This document shows positions 17,800 through 26,315 of a stretch of DNA of 64,000 bases, piece after piece (the first letter of the stretch is position 1; the number at the start of each line of letters is the position of its first letter). The notes under the pieces were generated by a model that did not search any database, was not told the origin of the DNA, and worked only from the letters and a program-made list of their open reading frames with translations. The DNA is from Rickettsia typhi (GTDB lineage: Bacteria > Pseudomonadota > Alphaproteobacteria > Rickettsiales > UBA1997), in NCBI GenBank assembly GCA_945865905.1, contig CAMBFC010000001.1:174127-238126 (forward strand). The letters are read 5' to 3'. The position numbers were made by a program, and so were the translations under genes.

Positions 17800-18822
17800 A
17801 TGCTTAATCAAATTCTTTCTCATGCTATTAATAGCAATGCTTCAGATATTCATATTCGCAGCGGAGAAGTTCCTATGTTGCGCGTTGAAGGTGAGTTAAT
17901 TGTAATTTCGGAATATAAAGCTTTAAATGATGTTGCGGCGCTAGAGTTGGTTGAAGCTTTGATGAATGAGCATCAAAAAATAATTTTTCAAAAAGATCTT
18001 GAAGTTGATTTTGCGATGCAATTTGAAAATACTCGTTTTCGCGTTAATGCTTTTCGCACAATTTATGGTGCGGCTGCCTCTTTGCGCTTGATTCCACAGC
18101 AAATAAGAAGCATGTCAGATTTGCAAATTCCACAATCGGTTCGCGACTTAACCAAATTGAGTCAGGGCTTAATTTTATTTACCGGCCCTACTGGCAGCGG
18201 AAAATCAACTTCACTAGCTTCGCTGATTGATGATATTAATACTAATAGATGTTGCAATATCATTACAATTGAAGATCCGATTGAGTTCATCCATAGATCC
18301 AAAAAATCCTTGATGGCACAGCGCCAAGTTGGTGAAAATACCCTATCTTTTGCCGCCGCATTACGCAGCGCACTTCGCGAAGATCCTGATGTTATTTTGG
18401 TAGGAGAAATGCGCGACCTTGAAACAATCCAACTTGCTCTTACTGCCGCAGAAACTGGCCATTTGGTGTTTGGAACCCTTCACACTAATTCTGCCGCACA
18501 AACAATTAATCGAATCATTGATGTTTTTCCTAGCGAAAGCAAATCAGCAATTCGTTCAATGTTATCAACATCTTTGCGCGCCATTATTTCGCAGCGATTG
18601 ATCAAATCAAAAAATACTCGCTGCTCTGCTTTTGAGGTATTATTGGTTAATAATCCAATCAGAAATTTAATTCGCGAAGATCAAATTCCACAAATTCAAT
18701 CAATGATGGAAATTGGCAAAAAACACGGGATGGTTACCATGAGAGATTCAGTTGCTAGTTTGATAGAAAAGGGCCTTATAATGCCCGAAGATGCTACAGA
18801 TACACTGCAAGCCTATGATTAA
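17800..18822 (+). CDS. pilT: PilT-family type IV pilus retraction ATPase
   Basis: SDIHI, Walker A GPTGSGKST, GEMRD and HLVFGTLHTNSAAQTINRIIDVFP. Start taken at MLNQIL. Confidence 0.85.
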   Translation: MLNQILSHAINSNASDIHIRSGEVPMLRVEGELIVISEYKALNDVAALELVEALMNEHQKIIFQKDLEVDFAMQFENTRFRVNAFRTIYGAAASLRLIPQQIRSMSDLQIPQSVRDLTKLSQGLILFTGPTGSGKSTSLASLIDDINTNRCCNIITIEDPIEFIHRSKKSLMAQRQVGENTLSFAAALRSALREDPDVILVGEMRDLETIQLALTAAETGHLVFGTLHTNSAAQTINRIIDVFPSESKSAIRSMLSTSLRAIISQRLIKSKNTRCSAFEVLLVNNPIRNLIREDQIPQIQSMMEIGKKHGMVTMRDSVASLIEKGLIMPEDATDTLQAYD

Positions 18823-18903
18823 TTGCAGTTAAAAATTGCAAATTAAAAAATAATAGTTTAGACAAGTAAGCATTAATTATTTATAAATAATCCTTACTGC
18901 AAA

Positions 18904-20283
18904 ATGAAATTTCGCACAAAAACAATTGAAAATTTAGTTAGTGGCGCAAGAGCTAAGCCTCTCAAAAAAACCCTCGGAGCGCTTGATTTAGTTTTTCTCG
19001 GAATTGGCTGCACAATCGGCACCGGAATTTTCGTTTTAACAGGAATTGCCGCCGCTCAATACGCGGGTCCAGCCATTGCTATTTCATATTTAATCTCAGG
19101 AGTTGCCTGCATTTTTGCTGGCCTTGCTTATTCTGAATTAGCGGCTGCGATTCCCGTTGCTGGCGGCACTTACACTTATACTTACGCAATTCTCGGCGAA
19201 TTTTCTGCTTGGATGGTCGCTTGCGGAATCTCGCTTTGCTACACTATTGGCGGTGCAACCGTTGCTGCGGGCTGGTCTGGCTATTTTGTTGGCATTATGG
19301 AAGCGGGCGGATATCATATTCCTGAAGCGCTCACAAAAATCCCCTCTGAAGGCGGAATCGTCAATCTTCCTGCGGTTTGCATCACATTATTTATTGGATT
19401 TATTTTAATGCGCGGCACCAAAGAAAGTATCGCGTTAAATCGTTTTCTTGTTGTGATTAAACTTATTGCGATCGCTCTCTTTATTTTTATCGCAGTTCCT
19501 CACATTAAAGTTGAAAACTGGACTAATGATTTTATGCCATTTGGACTCACTGGAGTTTTCACTGGTGCTGCCGCAATATTTTTTGCCTATACCGGTTTTG
19601 ATGCAGTTGCAACTGCGGCCGAAGAAACCAAAAACCCCAATCGCGATTTGCCAATTGGTATCATCGGATCATTATTAGTATGCATTGTGCTTTACATTGC
19701 AGCATCTCTTGCACTTACCGGAATCACTAATTATTCTGAACTCAACAACGCTGAACCAATGGCTTTTGCACTGCGCCAAAATGGCAGCAATGTTGGTGGT
19801 GCAATCGTTGGAGCTGGTGCTCTTGCTGGAATGGTAGCAGTTTTATTAGTATTTATGTATGGCCAATCACGAATATTTTTTGTGATGGCGCGCGATGGAT
19901 TGCTGCCAAAATTCTTCGGCAAAATGCATAAAAAGTTTGAAACTCCCTACATTAGCTGCATCGTAGTAACTATTGCCGTCGCTTTGTTCACTGGCTTTGT
20001 TCCAATCAAAACAATCGCCAGCATTACTAGCCTTGGTGCTTTGTTTGCATTTATCGTTACTTCGTTTGGCGTAATGGTTTTGCGCGTTAAAAGACCAAAA
20101 CTTGATAGACCTTTTCACTGCCCAGCAGTTTTTGTTTTAGCCCCATTAGCAATTCTTATTTGCGGATACTTGCTTTATTCATTATTTATGGTCACCATTC
20201 AAGCCTCATTAATCTGGTTAGTCTGTAGCATATTAGGATATTTTGTTTATGCTTACCGCAAAAGTCCCCTAGGGCGTGATTAA
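18904..20283 (+). CDS. APC-superfamily amino acid permease, tandem paralog 1
   Basis: 459 aa, polytopic, with GIGCTIGTGIFVLTG near the N-terminus. Collinear with the next two genes. Confidence 0.85.
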   Translation: MKFRTKTIENLVSGARAKPLKKTLGALDLVFLGIGCTIGTGIFVLTGIAAAQYAGPAIAISYLISGVACIFAGLAYSELAAAIPVAGGTYTYTYAILGEFSAWMVACGISLCYTIGGATVAAGWSGYFVGIMEAGGYHIPEALTKIPSEGGIVNLPAVCITLFIGFILMRGTKESIALNRFLVVIKLIAIALFIFIAVPHIKVENWTNDFMPFGLTGVFTGAAAIFFAYTGFDAVATAAEETKNPNRDLPIGIIGSLLVCIVLYIAASLALTGITNYSELNNAEPMAFALRQNGSNVGGAIVGAGALAGMVAVLLVFMYGQSRIFFVMARDGLLPKFFGKMHKKFETPYISCIVVTIAVALFTGFVPIKTIASITSLGALFAFIVTSFGVMVLRVKRPKLDRPFHCPAVFVLAPLAILICGYLLYSLFMVTIQASLIWLVCSILGYFVYAYRKSPLGRD

Positions 20284-20308
20284 AAATTTAAAGTTACTTT
20301 TTTAAAAC

Positions 20309-21688
20309 ATGAAATTTCGCGTAAAAACAATTGAAAGCCTGATTAGCGGCGCAAAAGCTAAACCACTTAAAAAAACTCTGGGCGCAATAGATTTAATATT
20401 TTTAGGAATTGGGTGCACAGTTGGCACAGGGATTTTTGTTTTAACAGGCATTACCGCCGCACAATATGCTGGCCCCGCAATTGCACTTTCATATTTAATT
20501 TCTGGTATTGCCTGCATTTTTGCTAGCCTTGCTTATTCTGAATTAGCAGCAGCAATACCGGTTGCTGGTGGCGCTTATACCTACACTTACGCTATTCTTG
20601 GAGAGTTTGCCGCTTGGATGGTTGCTTGCGGAATCTCGCTTTGCTATACTATTGGTGGCGCAACCGTTGCAGCGGGCTGGGCAGGCTATTTTGTTGGCAT
20701 CTTAAAAGCGGCGGGCTATCACATTCCCGATGCGCTAACAAAAATTCCTGCTGAAGGCGGAATCATCAATCTTCCCGCTGTTGGCATCACATTATTAATT
20801 GGTCTATTTTTAATTCGCGGCACCAAAGAAAGCATTGTTCTTAATCGCGTTCTGGTTGTTTTAAAACTGGCGATTATTTTTATTTTTATTTTTCTCGCCG
20901 TTCCCGATATTAAAATCGAAAACTGGACCAATGATTTTATGCCATTTGGTATCACTGGAGTTTTCACTGGCGCCGCCGCAATTTTCATCGCTTATATTGG
21001 ATTTGAAGCCGTTGCAACAGCTGCTGAAGAAACTAAAAATCCCAATCGTGATTTGCCAATTGGCATCATTGGATCACTTATTGTTTGCATCGTACTTTAT
21101 ATTGCAGTTGCACTTTCTCTCACCGGAATCACTAACTATTCTGAACTAAACAATGCCGAACCAATGGCTTTTGCACTTCGTCAAAATGGTAGCAATATTG
21201 GCGGCGCTTTGATAGGAGCTGGCGCCCTTACTGGCATGGTGGCAGTTTTATTGGTTTTAATGTATAGTCAATCACGAATATTTTTTGTAATGTCACGCGA
21301 TGGCTTGTTACCAAAATTTTTTGGAAAAACACACAAAAAGTTCGAAACTCCTTACATAAGCTGTATCATTGTGACTCTTGCTGTTGCTTTATTTACAGGA
21401 TTTGTTCCGATTCAAACAATTGCCAGCATCACTAGTTTAGGAATTTTATTCGCCTTCATGGTTACTGCATTTGGTGTGATGGTTTTGCGCATTAAAAGAC
21501 CAAAACTTGATAGACCATTTCGCTGCCCTGCGGTTTTTGTTTTGGCCCCATTAGCAATTTTGGTTTGCGGCTATTTGCTTTATTCTCTATTAATTGTAAC
21601 CATGCAAGAATCTTTGATTTGGCTGACTTGCAGTGTGATTGGATATTTTCTTTATGCTTATAAAAAAAGCCCTTTAGGTCAAAAATAA
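20309..21688 (+). CDS. APC-superfamily amino acid permease, tandem paralog 2
   Basis: 459 aa. Most positions are identical to paralog 1 by eye. Confidence 0.85.
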   Translation: MKFRVKTIESLISGAKAKPLKKTLGAIDLIFLGIGCTVGTGIFVLTGITAAQYAGPAIALSYLISGIACIFASLAYSELAAAIPVAGGAYTYTYAILGEFAAWMVACGISLCYTIGGATVAAGWAGYFVGILKAAGYHIPDALTKIPAEGGIINLPAVGITLLIGLFLIRGTKESIVLNRVLVVLKLAIIFIFIFLAVPDIKIENWTNDFMPFGITGVFTGAAAIFIAYIGFEAVATAAEETKNPNRDLPIGIIGSLIVCIVLYIAVALSLTGITNYSELNNAEPMAFALRQNGSNIGGALIGAGALTGMVAVLLVLMYSQSRIFFVMSRDGLLPKFFGKTHKKFETPYISCIIVTLAVALFTGFVPIQTIASITSLGILFAFMVTAFGVMVLRIKRPKLDRPFRCPAVFVLAPLAILVCGYLLYSLLIVTMQESLIWLTCSVIGYFLYAYKKSPLGQK

Positions 21689-21748
21689 AAACTATGTAAA
21701 TTGAAAGTTCAACTTGCAATTTACATAAAATTTAAATCATAAATAGTT

Positions 21749-23137
21749 ATGAAATTTCGCGTAAAAACAATCGAGCATTTAATCGCTGATGCTAAAGCTA
21801 AGCCTCTTAAAAAAACCCTAACTACTCTCGATTTAGTTTTTCTTGGAGTTGGCTGCACAATCGGTACCGGAATTTTTGTTTTAACAGGAATTGCCGCCGC
21901 TCAATATGCTGGTCCCGCAATTGCAATTTCATATCTAATTTCAGGAATTGCCTGCATTTTTGCTGGCCTTGCTTATTCTGAACTTGCTGCAACGATTCCT
22001 GTGGCAGGCGGCTCTTATACCTTTAACTATGCTATTCTTGGTGAATTTGCTGCGTGGATGGCATCTTGCGGGCTTTTTCTTGGCTACGCAATCGCCGCTG
22101 CAACCGTTGCCGCGGGCTGGTCAGGCTATTTTGTTGGCATAGTCAATTCTGCTGGATATCACATCCCAGAAATGCTCACAAAAATTCCGGCTGAAGGCGG
22201 GCTCGTCAACCTTCCTGCCGTATTAATCGCTCTATTAATTGGCGTTATTTTAATGCGCGGCACCAGAGAAAGCATCATTCTAAACCGCGTTCTTGTTATT
22301 ATAAAACTTGTCGCAATTTTTCTCTTTATTTTCATCGCCGCTCCTCACATTAAAGTTGAAAACTGGACTGATGATTTTATGCCTTTCGGTCTCAACGGAA
22401 TTTTCACCGGCGCCGCGGCAATATTTTTTGCCTATAATGGATTTGATGCCGTTGCTACCGCAGCAGAAGAAACCAAAACTCCTAATCGCAGCCTGCCAAT
22501 CGGCATTATCGGTTCACTTTTAGTGTGCATCGTGCTTTATACCGCGGTTGCTTTGGCACTTACCGGAATCACTAACTATTCTGAACTCAACAACGCCGAA
22601 CCAATGGCTTTTGCACTCCGCCAAAATGGCAGCAATATTGGCAGTGCCTTGATAGGAACTGGCGCTCTTACTGGAATGATGGCAGTTTTGTTGGTATTGA
22701 TGTATGGTCAATCACGAGTATTTTTTGTAATGTCACGCGATGGATTATTGCCAAAATTCTTCAGCAAAATGCACAAAAAATATGAAACACCTTTTTTGAG
22801 CTGTCTTGTAGTAACTGTTCTTGTTTGTGCTTTTGGTGGATTGGCACCGATCAAAACAATCGCCAGCCTAACTAGTATTGGTATTTTGTTTGCTTTAATT
22901 TTATGCGTGATTTCAGTTATGGTTCTTCGGTTTACGCGCCCTAAACTTGAAAGACCATTCCGCTGCCCCGCACTTTTTGTTATCGCACCTTTGGCAATTT
23001 TAATTTGCAGCTACTTGATTTACGCCCTTATGGGAGAGGTGTTTGTGCCGTTTTTGATTTGGTTGTTTTGTGGTGTGGCGGGGTATTTTCTTTATGGATA
23101 TAGAAAAAGCCCTTTGAATGAGAGGAATAAAAAGTAG
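21749..23137 (+). CDS. APC-superfamily amino acid permease, tandem paralog 3
   Basis: 462 aa. Same architecture, somewhat more diverged, especially in the last ~100 aa. Confidence 0.85.
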   Translation: MKFRVKTIEHLIADAKAKPLKKTLTTLDLVFLGVGCTIGTGIFVLTGIAAAQYAGPAIAISYLISGIACIFAGLAYSELAATIPVAGGSYTFNYAILGEFAAWMASCGLFLGYAIAAATVAAGWSGYFVGIVNSAGYHIPEMLTKIPAEGGLVNLPAVLIALLIGVILMRGTRESIILNRVLVIIKLVAIFLFIFIAAPHIKVENWTDDFMPFGLNGIFTGAAAIFFAYNGFDAVATAAEETKTPNRSLPIGIIGSLLVCIVLYTAVALALTGITNYSELNNAEPMAFALRQNGSNIGSALIGTGALTGMMAVLLVLMYGQSRVFFVMSRDGLLPKFFSKMHKKYETPFLSCLVVTVLVCAFGGLAPIKTIASLTSIGILFALILCVISVMVLRFTRPKLERPFRCPALFVIAPLAILICSYLIYALMGEVFVPFLIWLFCGVAGYFLYGYRKSPLNERNKK

Positions 23138-23187
23138 GTAGCAAGAAAATAGCGCGGTGATAATTAAGAGGGTCAAGGCGACGGTCC

Positions 23188-24084
23188 TTAGGCGCCAATT
23201 TTCCACATACCTTTTTCTAAAAAGGCCTCAATAGTTTGTCTGCCAGCTTTATTTAACAAGTTTGAATGTGATAATTTTTTCTTTTTTGCATATTCTGCAA
23301 GTGTCATAATTTTTTTACTTTCTAAATAAGCAAGTCTCTTGTGATAGCTATTTGCAAGGGCTCGAGCCACTATTTCTTCCATCACATCTGTTTTGCCTTT
23401 GCGATCAAATTCTTTAAAGGCCTCATAATATTTTTGACGCTCAATAAATTTAATATTGATCGGCACATATCCTTCGCGAATTAATAAAAAATTATTGATA
23501 ACACGACCAATACGACCATTACCATCAACAAAAGGATGAATATACTCAAACCTCAAATGTAATCGTGCAATGCGCTTAATAATGCCTTGCGATATTGATC
23601 CGTGATATTCCGCTAACATTTCTTCAAGATTTTTGACAATATGTGAGGGCGCGCACGCTATATGATTGGCCACTTTAACAAACTCGTTCTTTTGACGAAA
23701 CCTTCCAGCAATATTATCGCGAATATTTGAGATTAGCATTTTGTGCAAAGACAACATCATATCCAATGTCAACTCTTTTTCCTTAGCCTTCTTGCTGATA
23801 TAATGCACAACGCGCGCCAAGTTTTTTGCCTCAAAAATTTCGTGTTCGGTTATATAGCGATCAAGATCAATCTGTAAAAGAATTTTTTCGGTTTCCTCAA
23901 GGCTGAGCGTGCTATTTTCTATAGCATTAGAGTTGTAGACTTGCTCCGCCACTTCAGTTTCTGCGATGATGGATAGCAGAGATTCTTTGTTGGACGCCTC
24001 TTTGTAGTAGCGTTGACGCAGTAGTTCTATTTTTGTGAGATTGGTCATTTTTGCTGTAAATGATTCATTAATATTAACGTTCAT
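23188..24084 (-). CDS. Fic-family protein (AMPylase-type) with an N-terminal inhibitory motif
   Basis: Fic motif HPFVDGNGRIGR. The N-terminal SNAIEN fits the (S/T)xxxE(G/N) auto-inhibition motif. The C-terminal ~60 aa look like a winged-helix region. Confidence 0.9.
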   Translation of the reverse strand: MNVNINESFTAKMTNLTKIELLRQRYYKEASNKESLLSIIAETEVAEQVYNSNAIENSTLSLEETEKILLQIDLDRYITEHEIFEAKNLARVVHYISKKAKEKELTLDMMLSLHKMLISNIRDNIAGRFRQKNEFVKVANHIACAPSHIVKNLEEMLAEYHGSISQGIIKRIARLHLRFEYIHPFVDGNGRIGRVINNFLLIREGYVPINIKFIERQKYYEAFKEFDRKGKTDVMEEIVARALANSYHKRLAYLESKKIMTLAEYAKKKKLSHSNLLNKAGRQTIEAFLEKGMWKIGA

Positions 24085-24092
24085 ACATTACA

Positions 24093-24202
24093 AATCGTGA
24101 ATATCAAGTATAATATGTGATCTATTAATGATTTTATCAAAATAATCGTGAAATTATGAGACAAAAGATATTTATTCATGATTTTTATCTGTAAATCGTG
24201 AA
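24093..24202. repeat. Three direct repeats AATCGTGAA at 24093, 24144 and 24194 (50-51 bp spacing) upstream of fic
   Basis: Exact 9-mers. Units 2 and 3 share a longer ~30-nt similarity (TNATGATTTT..ATC..TAAATCGTGAA). Unit 1 sits 8 nt from the fic start codon. Confidence 0.6.
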
Positions 24203-24206
24203 TAGT

Positions 24207-24376
24207 GTTAAAAAAGTTAAATGAGAATTTGTGAAGGGGGCGAGACGATGGTCCTCTGCTGCTCAGACACCCTTTTTATTTGATTTAAAGCAAGCGTAGC
24301 TTGCAATAAAAATGGAACTCGCCTCAGAGGACCATCGTCTCGCCCCCTTCCCAAATTCTCATTTAACTTTTTTGAC
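24207..24376 (-). repeat. Nested palindromic element, copy A (66-nt core 24259..24324 with 52-bp copy-specific arms)
   Basis: The arms GTTAAAAAAGTTAAATGAGAATTTGTGAAGGGGGCGAGACGATGGTCCTCTG and its reverse complement differ at 2 positions. The core is shared with copies B-E. It lies 5 nt downstream of the acs stop. Confidence 0.85.
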
Positions 24377-24381
24377 ACCTA

Positions 24382-26304
24382 TTATTTTTTTGCTTCTTCG
24401 CCAATTATTCTCTTTAACTCTTCCGCAATATCAGGGTTTACTAGGGTTGAGGTATCACCCAAATCACTTTCTCCTGCGATGATTTTTTTCAAAACGCGAC
24501 GCATGATTTTGCCTGAACGGGTTTTGGGTAAATCGCTGGTGATGTAGATTTTGTCGGGCTTGGCGATGTTGCCGATTTCTTGTTTTATCAGCTCAATAAT
24601 TTCATCTTCGAGTTGCGTTTTTGATTGTGGGGTAGTTTTTGGAATTACAAAAATACAAATGCCCTCGCCTTTTATTTGATGAAGAAATCCTATTGCCGCT
24701 GATTCAGCAACATTTTCGTGCATGTTGACGGCATTTTCAATTTCGGCAGTGCCGATTCTGTGGCCAGAAATTTTTAGCACATCATCGGTGCGACCTATGA
24801 TTCTGTAGAATCCATCTTCACTTCTAAAAGCACCATCGCCAGCAAAATAATATCCCGAAAAATGTGCAAAATAGGTATCATAAAATTTTTGACGATCTCC
24901 CCAAATAGCGCGAGCCATGCTTGGCCAAGGTGTTTTAAAACAAAGATTGCCCGTTTTATTTGCCTCGGTTATTTCAACGCCATCATCATCAAGCAAAATT
25001 GGTGAGATTCCACAAAGTGGCAAGCCGGCATATGTGGCGCGGCTTTCGGTGATTTTTGATAGAGCAGAAATCATGATGCCACCAGTTTCGGTTTGCCACC
25101 AAGTATCAACAATTGAACATTTTCCGGCACCAATTTTATCATGATACCATTGCCATGCTTCTTCATTAATCGGCTCTCCCACTGTTCCCAGCGTTTTTAG
25201 TGATTGCAGATTATGACCTTCAGCAAATTTATCGCCCTTTTGCATTAATGCCCTGATTGCAGTTGGTGCGGTGTAAAAAATATTAACTTTGTGCTTTTCA
25301 ATAATCTGCCAAAACCTTGCAGGAGTAGGATAAGTTGGCACTCCCTCAAACATTAAAGTTGTGGCGCCATTTAAAAGTGGGCCATAAATTAAATAAGAAT
25401 GGCCAGTGATCCAGCCAATATCGGCACTGCAAAAAAAGATATCACTGCTGTGATATTGAAAAACATTGCAAAAAGAATATGCCGAATAAACCATATATCC
25501 ACCATGGGTATGAACAATACCTTTCGGCTTTCCTGTAGAGCCCGAGGTGTATAAAATAAAAAGTGGATGTTCGGCGTCGGCCTCAAAATGTGGCGCATCG
25601 GCTTCGTATTTATTTATTTCATCTTGCCAAATTAATGTTTTTGAATTTGCAGGAAGATCTTCTTTTGCTCTTTTATAAACAATGACGCGCTCAACGCTGG
25701 GGCAATCTGCTAACGCTTCTGCAGCAATATCAAATAATTGAATTTTTTTATCGCCACGAAAAAGCAAATCTGCTGTGATTAAAATTTTTACCTGCGAATC
25801 TTGCATGCGACTTGCCAAAGCCTTCGCCGAAAAACCAGCAAAAACCACGCTGTGAATAGCGCCAATACGGGCACAAGCCAACATTGCCACCGCAGCTTCG
25901 GGAATCATTGGCATATAAATGCAAACGCGATCCCCCGCCACAACACCTTGCGCGATCAATAAATTAGAGAATCGCAGCACTTTTTCATATAATTGGCGAT
26001 AAGTAATTTTGCGCGTTTCTTCTTGCGGATTATTGGGTTCAAAAATAATCGCGATCTTGTCTTTAGTGGTTTCGTCGCAATCATCTTCGATTAAATGACG
26101 ATCTAAACAATTGTAAGAAATGTTGGTTATTCCGCCTTTAAACCATTCAATTTGTAACTTGCTAAAATCGCAATCCATCACTTGATCCCACTTTTTAAAC
26201 CAACGAAAATTTTTTGCGATATCGCCCCAAAAACCTTGCGGATCTTGGATTGAGCGCGAATATTCTGTTTTATATTGTTCGAAAGATGAAATTTGAAAAG
26301 TCAT
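24382..26304 (-). CDS. acs: Acetyl-CoA synthetase
   Basis: 640 aa. YTSGSTGKPKG AMP-binding motif, the WWQTETGG region and the C-terminal LPKTRSGKIMRR motif. Confidence 0.95.
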   Translation of the reverse strand: MTFQISSFEQYKTEYSRSIQDPQGFWGDIAKNFRWFKKWDQVMDCDFSKLQIEWFKGGITNISYNCLDRHLIEDDCDETTKDKIAIIFEPNNPQEETRKITYRQLYEKVLRFSNLLIAQGVVAGDRVCIYMPMIPEAAVAMLACARIGAIHSVVFAGFSAKALASRMQDSQVKILITADLLFRGDKKIQLFDIAAEALADCPSVERVIVYKRAKEDLPANSKTLIWQDEINKYEADAPHFEADAEHPLFILYTSGSTGKPKGIVHTHGGYMVYSAYSFCNVFQYHSSDIFFCSADIGWITGHSYLIYGPLLNGATTLMFEGVPTYPTPARFWQIIEKHKVNIFYTAPTAIRALMQKGDKFAEGHNLQSLKTLGTVGEPINEEAWQWYHDKIGAGKCSIVDTWWQTETGGIMISALSKITESRATYAGLPLCGISPILLDDDGVEITEANKTGNLCFKTPWPSMARAIWGDRQKFYDTYFAHFSGYYFAGDGAFRSEDGFYRIIGRTDDVLKISGHRIGTAEIENAVNMHENVAESAAIGFLHQIKGEGICIFVIPKTTPQSKTQLEDEIIELIKQEIGNIAKPDKIYITSDLPKTRSGKIMRRVLKKIIAGESDLGDTSTLVNPDIAEELKRIIGEEAKK

Positions 26305-26315
26305 AAATACTTCGA

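Noticed and set aside
23138-23187. GGTCAAGGCGACGGTCCTTAGG after permease 3 as a sixth copy of the palindromic element, based on weak similarity to the arm of copy A (GGCGAGACGATGGTCCTCTG)
   Set aside because: The similarity is only a short, gapped match, there is no core sequence and there is no partner arm.
24259-24324. The palindromic-element core as a hammerhead or other small self-cleaving ribozyme (CTGAG...GAG strings flanking helices)
   Set aside because: The hammerhead CUGAUGA and GAAA core elements are absent, and I could not match twister, pistol, hatchet or HDV-like consensus features from memory. It remains an uncharacterised structured repeat.
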